Shown: piece after piece, positions 11,335 through 21,683 of the stretch
Numbering within the stretch: position 1 is the stretch's first letter
Layout of the letters: each line of letters begins with the position of its first letter
NCBI GenBank assembly: GCA_031459625.1
Contig: JAVKIH010000010.1
Span: forward strand, 1-64,000
Direction of reading: 5' to 3'
Length of the DNA stretch: 64,000 bases
Source: Candidatus Geohabitans tengchongensis
GTDB lineage: Bacteria > Sysuimicrobiota > Sysuimicrobiia > Sysuimicrobiales > Humicultoraceae
The notes under the pieces: model-generated
The model's input: the letters and a program-made list of their open reading frames with translations, nothing else
Databases searched by the model: none
What the model was told of the DNA's origin: nothing
Position numbers and translations under genes: made by a program

Positions 11335-12864
11335 ATGCAGGTCCTGCCCGGTCTCGAGACGGCGCGCCACTACATCGACGGGCGCTTCACCGACGGCGTG
11401 CGCGGGGAGACCTTCCCCACGCTGAACCCGGCGACCAACGAGCCGCTCGCTCGGGTGGCGGCGGGCACGCCCGAGGACGTCGACCGGGCCGTGCAGGCCG
11501 CCCGCCGCGCCTTCGACGAGGGCCCCTGGCCGCGCCTGCCGGCGGCGGACCGGGCCCGCATCCTGCGGCGCATCGCCGACGTCATCGAGCGGCGCGCCGA
11601 CGAGATCGCCCGCGTCGAGGTCCTGGACACCGGGATCCCCCTGACGCAGATCCGCCAGGGGCAGGTGCTGCGCGCGGCGGACAACTTCCGCTTCTTCGCC
11701 GAGATGGCCACGCGCATCCCCACCGAGGCCTACCCCAAGGACGGGGAGTTCCTCAACTACGTGCGGCGCGTCCCCGTGGGGGTGGTGGGGCTCATCACCC
11801 CCTGGAACACCCCCTTCATGCTGGAGACCTGGAAGCTGGCGCCCTGTCTCGCCGCCGGGTGCACGTGCGTCCTCAAGCCGGCGGAGTGGGCGCCGCTGTC
11901 GGCCGTGCGCCTGGTGGAGGCGGTGCAGGAGGCGGGCGTCCCGCCGGGGGTGGTGAACCTCGTCCACGGCATCGGCGAGGTGGCGGGGGCGGCGCTGGTG
12001 GCCCACCCCGGGGTGAACGCCATCTCCTTCACCGGCGAGACCACCACCGGCATGGAGATCCTGCGCACGGGGGCGGCCACCCTCAAGCGCTTCTCCATGG
12101 AGCTCGGCGGGAAGTCCCCGGTGCTGGTCTTCCCCGACGCCGACCTGGAGCGGGCGCTGGACGCCGTGCTGGTGGGCGTCTACACCCTCAACGGGGAGCG
12201 GTGCACGGCCAACTCCCGGCTGCTGGTGCACGAGAGCATCGCCGACGCCTTCGTCGAGCGCCTGGTGCGCCGCGTGGCCGCCCTGCGCCTGGGCGATCCG
12301 CTGGACCCGGCCACCGAGGTGGGACCGCTCATCCACCCCGACCACTGGGAGCGGGTGCACGGCTACGTCCGCCTGGGCGAGGCGGAGGGGGCGCACCTGG
12401 CCACCGGAGGGAGGCGGCCGGCGGGGCTGCCGCAGGGCAACTACCTGGAGCCGGCGGTCTTCACCGACGTGCGCCCGTCGATGCGCATCTTCCAGGAGGA
12501 GATCTTCGGCCCGGTGCTGGTGGTGACGCGCTTCCGCGACGAGACCGAGGCGGTGCGATTGGCCAACGCGGTGCGCTACGGGCTGGCCGCCTACGTGTGG
12601 ACCGGGGACGTGGCCCGGGCCCACCGGGTGGCGCACGCGCTGGAGGCGGGGATGGTCTGGGTGAACTCGCACAACGTGCGCGACCTGCGCACGCCCTTCG
12701 GCGGGATGAAGCACAGCGGGATCGGCCGCGAGGGCGGGCACTACTCCTTCGACTTCTTCATGGAGTACCAGACGGTGCACGTGGCGCTCGGCACCCACCG
12801 CATCCCCCGCCTGGGGACCGGAGAGCCGCTGCGCCCCACGGACGTGCGGCGGCTGGGCGGCTGA
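11335..12864 (+). CDS. hpaE: 5-carboxymethyl-2-hydroxymuconate semialdehyde dehydrogenase
   Basis: ALDH motifs ITPWNTPFMLETWK, ELGGKSP, NGERCTA and NSHNVRDLRTPFGG. Confidence 0.92.
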   Translation: MQVLPGLETARHYIDGRFTDGVRGETFPTLNPATNEPLARVAAGTPEDVDRAVQAARRAFDEGPWPRLPAADRARILRRIADVIERRADEIARVEVLDTGIPLTQIRQGQVLRAADNFRFFAEMATRIPTEAYPKDGEFLNYVRRVPVGVVGLITPWNTPFMLETWKLAPCLAAGCTCVLKPAEWAPLSAVRLVEAVQEAGVPPGVVNLVHGIGEVAGAALVAHPGVNAISFTGETTTGMEILRTGAATLKRFSMELGGKSPVLVFPDADLERALDAVLVGVYTLNGERCTANSRLLVHESIADAFVERLVRRVAALRLGDPLDPATEVGPLIHPDHWERVHGYVRLGEAEGAHLATGGRRPAGLPQGNYLEPAVFTDVRPSMRIFQEEIFGPVLVVTRFRDETEAVRLANAVRYGLAAYVWTGDVARAHRVAHALEAGMVWVNSHNVRDLRTPFGGMKHSGIGREGGHYSFDFFMEYQTVHVALGTHRIPRLGTGEPLRPTDVRRLGG

Positions 12865-13349
12865 TGGGGGAGGCGCGCGGCGCCGGCGGACGGGCGGATC
12901 ACCCGCAGGTGGCCGTGCTGCCGCCGCTGCTCTTCGCCGGCGCCTTCCTGCTGGGGCTGGTGGTGGAGCGGGTGCGCCCGACGCCGCTCGGGCCGCTGCC
13001 GCTGCGGCTGCTCCTGGGCGCGCTCCTCGTGGCGGCCTCGGCCGCCCTGGCCGGCGCGGCGCTGCGGGAGTTCCGGCGGGCCGGGACCCCGGTGGAGGTG
13101 TGGCGGCCGGCCACGACGCTGGTGACCACCGGCCCCTACCGGCGCTCGCGCAACCCGCTCTACCTCGCCCTGACGCTGCTCTACCTGGGCCTGGGCATCG
13201 CCGTCGGCAGCCTCTGGGTACTCCTCCTGCTCCTCCCGGTGCTGGTGATCCTCACCGAGGGCGTGGTCAAGCGCGAGGAGGCCTACCTGGAGCGCACCTT
13301 CGGCGAGGCCTACCGCCGCTACCGGGCCGCCACGCCACGCTGGATCTAG
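12864..13349 (+). CDS. Isoprenylcysteine carboxylmethyltransferase / PEMT family membrane protein
   Basis: LVTTGPYRRSRNPLY and REEAYLERTFGEAYRRY..TPRW motifs. Confidence 0.88.
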   Translation: MGEARGAGGRADHPQVAVLPPLLFAGAFLLGLVVERVRPTPLGPLPLRLLLGALLVAASAALAGAALREFRRAGTPVEVWRPATTLVTTGPYRRSRNPLYLALTLLYLGLGIAVGSLWVLLLLLPVLVILTEGVVKREEAYLERTFGEAYRRYRAATPRWI

Positions 13350-13362
13350 GAGGCGAGCGACC

Positions 13363-14877
13363 ATGCCGGCACGGACCGGAGCGCAGTACGTCGAAGGGCT
13401 ACGGACCCGTCCCCCCGAGCTGTGGGTCGGCGGGGTCCGCGTCACGGACCCCACCACGCACCCCGCCTTCCGCCCGGTCATCCAGAGCCTGGCCGCCCTC
13501 TACGACATGCAGCACGACCCGGCGCTGCGCGACGAGCTCACCTACGTCTCCCCCTCTTCGGGAGAGCGGGTCGGCCTGAGCTTCCTCACGCCGCGCACCC
13601 GCGAGGACCTGGCGCGGGTGCGCACGATGATGAAGCGCTGGGCGGACTGGTCGGGCGGGATGCTCGGCCGCACGCCCGACTACCTCAACCGGGCGCTGAT
13701 GGCCTACGCCGCCGCCAGCGACTACTGCGCCCAGGTGGACCCGCGCTTCGGGGAGCACATCCGCCGCTACTACGAGTACGTGCGCGAGCACGACCTGGTG
13801 CTCACCCACACCCTGATCAACCCCCAGGCCAACCGCAGCGTGGGCCCGGGCGGGCAGGCCGACCCCACCCTGGCCGCGCGCGTGGTGCGGGAGACCCCGG
13901 ACGGCATCGTCGTCACCGGCGCCCGCATGCTGGCCACGCTGCCGGTGGCGGACGAGATCATGGTCTTCCCCTCCACGCTCCTCAAGGCCGGCGAGGAGGA
14001 CCGCCCCTACGCCTTTGCCTTCGCCATCCCCACCCACACCCCCGGGTTGCGCTTCCTCTGCCGCGAGCCCTTCATCCCCGACGGTGCCGCCGCCGACCCG
14101 GTGGACCACCCCCTGGCCGCCCGCTTCGAGGAGATGGACGCGGTGGTCCTCTTCGACGAGGTGCTGGTCCCCTGGGAGCGCGTCTTCCTCCTCTACGACG
14201 TAGAGCGCTGCAACAAGGCCTTCGGGGCCACCAACGCCGTCGTGCACATGGCCCACCAGGTGGTCACGAAGAACGTGGCCAAGACGGAGTTCGTCCTGGG
14301 CGTGGCCTCGGCCATCGTGGACGCCATCGCCATCGAGGGCTTCCAGCACGTCCAGGGGAAGATCGCCGAGATCATCTACTACCTGGAGGCGATGCGCGCC
14401 TTCCTGCGCGCCGCCGAGGCCGACGCGCAGGTGGACAAGTGGGGGATGATGACGCCGGCGTGGCCGCCGCTCGACGCCGCGCGCAACATGTTCACCTGGA
14501 TGTACCCCCGCATGGTGGAGATCGTGCAGTTGCTGGGCGCCAGCGGCCTGATGGCCCGCCCCACCCGCGCCGACCTGGAGGGGCCGCTGGCCGAGGCGGT
14601 GGAGAAGTACCACCAGGCGGCGCGGCTGCCGGCCCGCGACCGCGTGCGCCTCTTCCGCCTGGCCTGGGACCTGGCGCTGTCGGCCTTCGGCTCGCGCCAG
14701 GTGCTGTACGAGCGCTTCTTCTTCGGCGACCCGGTGCGCATGCAGATGGCCACCTTCGCCGCCTACGACCGGCGGCCGTACGTCGAGCGGGTCTGGGCCT
14801 TCCTGCGGCGGGCGGACGGGACGGAGGCGCCCGCCGTGCCCGCGGCGGCCGCCCCCGGCGGGCCGGGCGGCGCGTGA
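13363..14877 (+). CDS. hpaB: 4-hydroxyphenylacetate 3-monooxygenase, oxygenase component
   Basis: ARTGAQY, GRTPDYLN, THTLINPQANR and RQVLYERFFFGDP motifs. Confidence 0.93.
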   Translation: MPARTGAQYVEGLRTRPPELWVGGVRVTDPTTHPAFRPVIQSLAALYDMQHDPALRDELTYVSPSSGERVGLSFLTPRTREDLARVRTMMKRWADWSGGMLGRTPDYLNRALMAYAAASDYCAQVDPRFGEHIRRYYEYVREHDLVLTHTLINPQANRSVGPGGQADPTLAARVVRETPDGIVVTGARMLATLPVADEIMVFPSTLLKAGEEDRPYAFAFAIPTHTPGLRFLCREPFIPDGAAADPVDHPLAARFEEMDAVVLFDEVLVPWERVFLLYDVERCNKAFGATNAVVHMAHQVVTKNVAKTEFVLGVASAIVDAIAIEGFQHVQGKIAEIIYYLEAMRAFLRAAEADAQVDKWGMMTPAWPPLDAARNMFTWMYPRMVEIVQLLGASGLMARPTRADLEGPLAEAVEKYHQAARLPARDRVRLFRLAWDLALSAFGSRQVLYERFFFGDPVRMQMATFAAYDRRPYVERVWAFLRRADGTEAPAVPAAAAPGGPGGA

Positions 14878-15458
14878 GCGAGCTCGACCTCACCCCCCAG
14901 CACTTCCGCCGCCTCATGGGCCTCTTCGCCACCGGGGTGACGGTGCTGGCGGTGGAGGCCCCGGAGGGCATCCACGGCATGACCGCCAACGCCGTCACCT
15001 CGGTCTCGCTGGAGCCGCTCCTCGTGCTGGTCTGCATCGACCGGCGGGCGCGCATGCACCGCCACGTCGCGTTGGGGCGGCCCTACACCATCAACATCCT
15101 CCGGGAGGACCAGGAGTCGGTCTCGCGCTACTTCGCCGGGTCCTGGCGGGCGCCGCAGCCCCCCGAGTTCCGCTTCCGCCGCTGGACCCACGGCCCACTC
15201 CTGGTCGGGGCGCTGGGGACGGTGGGGTGCGTGATGGACCGCCTGGTGGACGGCGGGGACCACACCATCGTCCTCTCCCGCGTCACCGGCCTGTACGCGG
15301 GGGAGCCGGGGCGACCGCTCACCTTCTTCGGCGGGCGCTACCGCCGGCTGCGCGACGAGGAGGAAGCGGCGCGACCCCCGGCCGACGAGTGGACCCACGA
15401 GTCGGTCCGCCTCTACCACGACGCGGCGCCCTGGGAGGAGGCCGTCGATGAGGCGTAG
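14874..15458 (+). CDS. hpaC: Flavin reductase
   Basis: FATGVTV, GMTANAVTSVSLEP and GGDHTI motifs; GTGA overlap with hpaB. Confidence 0.88.
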   Translation: MSELDLTPQHFRRLMGLFATGVTVLAVEAPEGIHGMTANAVTSVSLEPLLVLVCIDRRARMHRHVALGRPYTINILREDQESVSRYFAGSWRAPQPPEFRFRRWTHGPLLVGALGTVGCVMDRLVDGGDHTIVLSRVTGLYAGEPGRPLTFFGGRYRRLRDEEEAARPPADEWTHESVRLYHDAAPWEEAVDEA

Positions 15459-15521
15459 GCGCGGACGACCCGGGGCGCGGCGGGGCTGGGGGCGCCGCCA
15501 GGCGCGGCACCGGGGCGGCCG

Positions 15522-16628
15522 ATGACGGCGCAGGCGCAGGAGCAGGCACAGGCGCAGGGGCAGGCGCCGACGGTCCTGCGGGCCGCCCACATCGAGTACC
15601 GCGTCACCGACCTGGAGCGGGCGGCGGCCTTCTACATCGGGCTGCTCGGCTTCGTCGAGAGCGCCCGCGACCCCCAGCGCCTCTACCTGCGCGGCTACGA
15701 GGAGTGGCTGCACCACGGGCTGGTCCTGCGCCGGGCCCCCGCCCCCGGCGTGGGCCACCTGGCCTTCCGCGTGGCCGGGCCCGCCGACCTGGAGGCGCTG
15801 GCCGACCTGGCGCGGCGGGAGGGCCTCCCCCACCGCTGGGTGGAGGGGGAGGAGGCGGGGCAGGGGCGGGCCCTGCGGCTGCAGGATCCCGCGGGGCTGC
15901 CCCTCGAGTTCTTCCACGCCATGACGCCCGTGGAGCGCCTCCTGCAGGCCTACGACCGCTACCGTGGGCCGGGGGTGATGCGCCTCGACCACTTCAACGT
16001 CCAGGTGCCGGACGTGGCGCCGCTGGCGCGCTGGTACCAGGAGCGCCTGGGCTTCCGCTGCTCCGAGCTCACCGAGACCGAAGAGGACCCGCCGCGCCTG
16101 TGGGCGATCTGGCTGCACCGCAAGCAGAACGTCCACGACATCGCCCTGATGACGGGGGTGGGGCCGCGGGTCCACCACGCGGGCTTCTGGATGACCGACA
16201 CCACGGCGGTGCTGCGCGCCTGCGACGCCCTGGCCGCCGCCGGGCAGGTGGCGGCGATCGAGCGCGGCCCGGGCCGCCACGGGCTCAGCAACGCCTTCTT
16301 CCTGTACCTGCGCGACCCCGACGGCAACCGCCTGGAGCTGTACACGGGGGACTACCTGATCGCCGACCCGGACTGGCCGCCCATCCGCTGGCGCCTCAAC
16401 GACCCCCGCCGGGCCACGCTGTGGGGGCACGCCCCGCCGCGCTCCTGGTTCGACGAGGCCTCGCCGGTGGAGTCGGTGGTGGACGGCACCCTGCTGCCGG
16501 TGCACCCACCGGTCATGGAGGACCGGCCGCGCTTCGTCCCCGGCGACGAATGGCGGCACGTCGAGCAGACCCGGGCCCTGGACGACCCTGACCTCCTCCC
16601 GGCGCCGCTGTGGTGCTGGCCCCCGTGA
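15522..16628 (+). CDS. hpaD: 3,4-dihydroxyphenylacetate 2,3-dioxygenase (VOC extradiol type)
   Basis: RLDHFN, HRKQNVHDIA and ERGPGRHGLSNAFFLYLRDPDGNRLE motifs. Confidence 0.92.
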   Translation: MTAQAQEQAQAQGQAPTVLRAAHIEYRVTDLERAAAFYIGLLGFVESARDPQRLYLRGYEEWLHHGLVLRRAPAPGVGHLAFRVAGPADLEALADLARREGLPHRWVEGEEAGQGRALRLQDPAGLPLEFFHAMTPVERLLQAYDRYRGPGVMRLDHFNVQVPDVAPLARWYQERLGFRCSELTETEEDPPRLWAIWLHRKQNVHDIALMTGVGPRVHHAGFWMTDTTAVLRACDALAAAGQVAAIERGPGRHGLSNAFFLYLRDPDGNRLELYTGDYLIADPDWPPIRWRLNDPRRATLWGHAPPRSWFDEASPVESVVDGTLLPVHPPVMEDRPRFVPGDEWRHVEQTRALDDPDLLPAPLWCWPP

Positions 16629-18010
16629 CGCGCCCCGGGCTGGCCGAGCTGGTGGCGGCCATTGCCGCGGGGCGGCGCTCGCCCGTCGAGCTGGTCGACC
16701 GCTGCCTCGACCGCATCGAGCGCGAGGACCCCACGCTGCACGCCTTCATCACGGTGACCGGCGCCGCCGCGCGCCGGCTCGCCGCCGCGCGCGAGGCGGA
16801 GGCGCGGCGCGGGGAGGTGCGCGGGCCGCTCCACGGGGTGCCCGTGGCGGTGAAGGACCTCTTCGACATGGCCGGGCTGCCCACCACCGCGGGCGCCGCC
16901 GTGCGGCGGACCCACGTGGCGCAGACCACGGCCACGGCGGTGCGGCGGCTCGAGGCGGCGGGGGCGGTCGTCGTGGGCAAGACCAACCTGCACGAGTTCG
17001 CCTTCGGCGTCACCTCGGTGAACCCGCACTTCGGCCCCGCCGCCAACCCCCACGCGCCCGACCGGGTGGCCGGCGGCAGCAGCGGGGGGTCGGCGGCCGC
17101 GGTGGCGGCGGGGCACTGCGCCGCCGCGCTCGGCACCGACACCGGGGGCTCGATCCGCATCCCCGCGGCGCTGTGCGGGATCGTCGGGCTCAAGCCCACC
17201 TTCGGGCGGGTGAGCCGCCACGGGGTCGTCCCGCTGGCCTGGTCGTTCGACACGGTGGGGCCGCTGACGCGCACGGTGGCCGACGCCGCCCTGCTCTTCG
17301 CGGTGCTGGCCGGCGCGGACGAGCACGACCCCCTGACGGGCCGCTGGCCGCCGCCGACATCGGGCCTGGCCGACCCGCCGACGCGCTTCACCGTCGTGCG
17401 GCTGCGGGGGCCGTTCTTCGACGACGTGGAGCCGGCGGTGGGTGAGGCGGTGGACCGGGCGGCGCGCCACCTGGCCGCGGCGGGCGGCCGGATCGTGGAG
17501 GCGCCGATACCCGAAATCGAGGCGATGCAGGCGGCCCAGACCACCATCCTCTTCGCCGAGGCCGCCGCCTACCACCGGCGCGCCTACCCCGGACGCCTGG
17601 CCGAGTACGGCGCCGACGTGCGCGAGCTGCTGGTCGCAGGGGCGGCGATCCCGGCCACCGCCTACGTGGAGGCGCAGCGCGTCCAGGCCCTGGCGGTGCG
17701 CACGCTGGGACGGCTGCTGGACGGCGCCGAGGTGTGCCTGTGTGCGGCCGTGCCCATCCCGGCCCCCAGGATCGTCGATGTCGACCCGCAGCAGAGCGAC
17801 GGGTGGCGGGCCGCCCGCGCCCCGCTCAGCCGCTTCACGCGCCTCTTCAACCTCACCGGGTGGCCGGCGGTGGCGGTCCCGGCCGGGCGGACGCGGGAGG
17901 GGCTGCCTGTGGCGGTGCAGCTGGCCGCCGCCCCGGGGCGGGAGGAATCCCTGCTGGCGGTGGCCGCCCTCCTCGAGCGGGCCGAGCCCTGGCCCCTGCC
18001 GGAGGTGTGA
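16625..18010 (+). CDS. Amidase-signature family amidase
   Basis: VAVKD, GGSSGGSAAAVA and GTDTGGSIRIPA (Ser-cisSer-Lys triad); GTGA overlap with hpaD. Confidence 0.92.
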   Translation: MTRPGLAELVAAIAAGRRSPVELVDRCLDRIEREDPTLHAFITVTGAAARRLAAAREAEARRGEVRGPLHGVPVAVKDLFDMAGLPTTAGAAVRRTHVAQTTATAVRRLEAAGAVVVGKTNLHEFAFGVTSVNPHFGPAANPHAPDRVAGGSSGGSAAAVAAGHCAAALGTDTGGSIRIPAALCGIVGLKPTFGRVSRHGVVPLAWSFDTVGPLTRTVADAALLFAVLAGADEHDPLTGRWPPPTSGLADPPTRFTVVRLRGPFFDDVEPAVGEAVDRAARHLAAAGGRIVEAPIPEIEAMQAAQTTILFAEAAAYHRRAYPGRLAEYGADVRELLVAGAAIPATAYVEAQRVQALAVRTLGRLLDGAEVCLCAAVPIPAPRIVDVDPQQSDGWRAARAPLSRFTRLFNLTGWPAVAVPAGRTREGLPVAVQLAAAPGREESLLAVAALLERAEPWPLPEV

Positions 18011-18409
18011 CGCAGCGGCGCTCAGGGGCTCCGGACAGCCAGGCGGCGGGGGAGCAGGGAGGTAGGTGCCCGGCCCTCCGGGAGGATCCCCCGACCGGTC
18101 AGGAATGCGTCACCCGCCGTCGTGTTTGCGGAGCCAGGGTATATACGAATTCGCACTCTTCTGTCGAGCCTCCCCTGTCGAGGCAGAGGGGGCATGGACC
18201 CGCACACCGGGGAGTGTAGGCTGGGGGTGCGTAGACCGGTGTCCGGTCCGGGGTGTGGCTCAGGGCATGGCTCGGAGAGGGGCTCGGGGGGGGAGGCCTA
18301 GCGTCGTCGCTGACCAGAGATCGCTCGAGGCGTGCCTGCGGGCAGCCCGCTGAGCTCCTGGGCTCCCCGCCGTGGAGAGGGTCCGTAGAGGGTGTGTGGG
18401 AGGAGGAGG

Positions 18410-18991
18410 ATGGCCATCAACATCGTCGGGGAGGCCGGTGACGGCGAGGAAGCGGTCCAGAAGGCGCGGGAGCTTGCCCCCGACATCGTGCTCATGGACC
18501 TCAAGCTCCCGCGGGTCGACGGCATCGAGGCCACCCGCTTGATCAAGGCGGAGAGCCCGCGGGTGGAGGTCATCGTGCTCTCGGTCTACGAGGACGACGA
18601 GTACGTCTTCCAGGCGATCCAGGCCGGCGCCACCGGCTACATCCTCAAGGACATCACCCCCGAGAACCTGGTGCGGGCCATCCGCGCCGTCTACGCCGGG
18701 CAGACGATGATCCACCCCGGCATCGCTCGCAAGGTGCTGGAGCGGCTCTCCTACATGGCCCGGGAGCGTGCGGCCGGGCTGACGCGGCTCCACAGCGACG
18801 GCCTGACCGACCGTGAGGTGCAGATCCTGGTGGAGATGGCGAAAGGCGCCAGCAACAAGGAGGTGGCGGCCAAGCTCTTCGTCTCGGAGAGCACGGTGAA
18901 GAGCCACCTGCGCACGATCTACCGGAAGGTGGGCGTACGCGACCGGGCGCAAGCGGTGGCCTACGCCATTCGCAAGGGGTTCATCCGCTAG
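18410..18991 (+). CDS. NarL/LuxR-family response regulator with N-terminally truncated receiver domain
   Basis: DIVLMDLKLP, GYILK and LTDREVQIL..SNKEVA..TVKSH HTH; strong RBS; beta1/acidic pair absent. Confidence 0.85.
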   Translation: MAINIVGEAGDGEEAVQKARELAPDIVLMDLKLPRVDGIEATRLIKAESPRVEVIVLSVYEDDEYVFQAIQAGATGYILKDITPENLVRAIRAVYAGQTMIHPGIARKVLERLSYMARERAAGLTRLHSDGLTDREVQILVEMAKGASNKEVAAKLFVSESTVKSHLRTIYRKVGVRDRAQAVAYAIRKGFIR

Positions 18992-19118
18992 CGCCGGGAC
19001 CCACGCCCTCCGCTCGCCGGTGGACGCCCCGTCCGTCGGGCGACGGAGCGAGACTTCGTCAGCGGAGCACGGACGTTGCCCGCCCGGGGCACGGCCACGG
19101 TGAGGGCGGTCGCCTAGG

Positions 19119-20292
19119 ATGACGGGCATGCAGCGCCCTCATGGCGGACGGCTGGTCCAACGCGAGCTGGTCGGCGAGTGGCGCGAGGAGGCGCTGGCCG
19201 GCAGCCGCCGCCTGCCGCGGTGGCCCATCAGCGTCGACCTGGCTCGCGACCTGGAGAACCTCGCCCGGGGCGTCCTCAGCCCCCTCGAGGGGTTCATGGG
19301 GGAGGAGGACTTCCGCAGCGTCCTGTACCGGAAGCGCCTCGCCTCCGACCTCCCCTGGACCCTGCCGGTCGTCCTCGACGCGGACCCGTCGCGGCTGCGG
19401 GCGCTGGGCGGTGCGGAGACGGTGGTGCTGGAGGCGGCGGGGCAGCCCGTGGCCGTGCTCCGCATCACCGAGGTCTTCCGGCACGACCCGCGGGAGCACG
19501 CCTTCGAGGTCTTCCGCACCCTCGATCCGGCCCACCCGGGCGTGGCCCGCACGCTGGCGATGGGGCCGTACCTCGTCGCCGGCCCCATCGACCTGCTCGC
19601 CGGGCTGCCGCACCCGTTCGCCCGCTACCGCCTCTTCCCGCGGGGAGACCCGGGTCCTCTTTCGGGAGAAAGGGTGGCGCACGATCGTGGGATTCCAGAC
19701 CCGGAACGTGCCCCACCTGGGGCACGAGTACGTGCAGAAGACCGCGCTGGCCTTCGTCGACGGCATCTTCGTCAACCCGGTGCTGGGGCGCAAGAAGCCC
19801 GGCGACTTCCGCGACGAGGTCATCCTGGAGGCGTACGAGGCGCTGCTGGCCCACTACTACCTGCGGCCGCGGGCGGTGCTCTCCGTGCTGCACACGGAGA
19901 TGCGCTACGCCGGCCCGCGGGAGGCGGTCTTCCACGCCATCCTGCGCAAGAACTTCGGCTGCACGCACTTCGTCGTCGGCCGCGACCACGCCGGGGTGGG
20001 GAGCTTCTACCCGCCCTATGCCGCCCAGGAGATCTTCGACGAGTTCCCCGACCTGGGCATCGTGCCGCTCTTCTTCACCGCCTTCTTCCACTGCCACCGG
20101 TGCGGGACGGTGGCCAACGAGAAGACCTGTCCCCACCCGGTCGAGCACCGGGTCCCCTTCAGCGGGACGGCGCTGCGGCGTGCGCTGGAGGCGCGCGAGG
20201 GGGAGGCGGCGGCGCTCATCCGGCCGGAGGTCGCCGAGGTGGTCAGGCGCCACCCCGCGCCCTTCGTCGCCGCGCGCCCGGCGCCCGCCTGA
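19119..20292 (+). pseudogene. sat: Sulfate adenylyltransferase with a +1 frameshift near 19642-19645 (pseudogene or sequencing error)
   Basis: N-terminal half (PHGG.LV, SPLEGFM, PWTLPV) and catalytic half (FQTRNVPHLGHEY, MRYAGPREA, GRDHAG) are in different frames; removing one G from CGGGGAG restores RLFPRETR. Confidence 0.9.
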
Positions 20293-20440
20293 GGGGGCGG
20301 TCTCCCCGCCGCCGACGGGCGCAGGCGCGGCGGGCGGGGCCGGCGGCGGTGCGGCGAAGCGTGTCGGCGGGCGTATCCTAGGAGCTCTCCCCCGCGCCGG
20401 CGAATCGGGCGGGAGGCGGAACCTGCCCCGGGGGTGAGGC

Positions 20441-20938
20441 GTGCCGGATGAGCGCCGGAGAGTGGAAGACATCGCGCTCGTGCTCGCGGAGCTCGAGGAC
20501 CGCCTGCTGCGGCTGATCCGGGAGGGCCACGGCGGGCGCCTCCGCCCCGAGGAGGCGAACCGGGCCCTGGTGGCCATGGCCCGCGAGTTCCACCTCGTCT
20601 TCCACCGCATCCAGGAACGGCTGGAGCAGCGCGACCTCAGCCTGGACCAGGAGGCGCGCCTGGTGGAGTTGCGCCGCCGCTGCCTGCGCCTGTACCGCAA
20701 GGCGCGCGTGGAGGACTTCTTCGTCCGCAAGCTCCGCCTGGAGGAGGCCCTGCGCCAGCAGGTCTCCCCCGAGGCGTTCGAGATCTACGAGACCCTGCAG
20801 GCGGTCGAGGAGGAAGAGGAGGACTTCCTGGCCCAGGACGAGGCGGCCCTGGAGCGTGCGCTCGCCGAGACCACCCCGGTGGTCGAAGAGGCCGGGGAGC
20901 ACGCCGACGACCGGCTCACGGCAGGGAGCGCCGAGTAG
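20441..20938 (+). CDS. Hypothetical helical, charged protein
   Basis: Host-like codon usage, RBS-like GGTGAGG; no recognised family. Confidence 0.7.
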   Translation: MPDERRRVEDIALVLAELEDRLLRLIREGHGGRLRPEEANRALVAMAREFHLVFHRIQERLEQRDLSLDQEARLVELRRRCLRLYRKARVEDFFVRKLRLEEALRQQVSPEAFEIYETLQAVEEEEEDFLAQDEAALERALAETTPVVEEAGEHADDRLTAGSAE

Positions 20939-21683
20939 GGCCGGGCGCGAGGGCGGCGGCCGCCCGGTCGAGCAGCCAGAGGACCGGCAGGCCGCGCAGG
21001 ACCGCGGCCGGCACGTCCGCCGCTTCCCCGGTCCCTCCCTCGCCCGCAGCCGTGCCCGGCCCTCCCAGCGCCCGCGCCACCGCAGGCGCCTTGGCCCGCC
21101 CCGTCGCCAGCACGAGGACGCGCCGCGCCGGGGCCAGCGCGCGGGGCGTGAGCGTGATGCGCCACGTCGGCGGGGCCGGCGCGCGGGTGGCCTCGACGTA
21201 GCGGGCGGAGCGCAGGGCCGCCGACCCGGGGAAGAGCGAGGCGATGTGGCCGTCCTCTCCGATCCCCAGCAGCACGCAATCCAGGGCCGGCGGGTCGCCC
21301 AGCACGGCGAGCAGTTCCGCCTCGTAGGCGCGCGCCGCCGCCTCGGGCGCCTCTTCGCCGCGGATGCGGTGGAGGCGCTCCGGCGGCACCGGCACGTGGC
21401 GGAGCCAGGCCTCGTAGGCCAGGCGGAAGTTGCTCGCGGGATGGTCGGGCGGGACGGCCCGCTCGTCCCCCCAGAAGATCTCCACGCGGTCGTAGGGGAG
21501 CGCTTCGGAGCCGGCGGCGGCGAGCCGGTGGTAGAGTGCGCGCGGGGTGCGGCCGCCGGAGAGGGCCAGCGCGAACCGGCCGCGCGACGCCACCGCCCGG
21601 CGGGCCTCCTCCTGGAGGACCTGCAGTGCGGCAGCGGCCACTTCGTCCGCCGTCGGGACGACGCGGATCTCCGGCGCCGCTAT
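20916..21683 (-). CDS. pgl: 6-phosphogluconolactonase; probable non-canonical ATA start
   Basis: ALSGGRTP, FWGDERAVPP..SNF, LLGIGEDGHIASLFP and RITLT motifs. Confidence 0.9.
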   Translation of the reverse strand: MAAPEIRVVPTADEVAAAALQVLQEEARRAVASRGRFALALSGGRTPRALYHRLAAAGSEALPYDRVEIFWGDERAVPPDHPASNFRLAYEAWLRHVPVPPERLHRIRGEEAPEAAARAYEAELLAVLGDPPALDCVLLGIGEDGHIASLFPGSAALRSARYVEATRAPAPPTWRITLTPRALAPARRVLVLATGRAKAPAVARALGGPGTAAGEGGTGEAADVPAAVLRGLPVLWLLDRAAAALAPGPTRRSLP

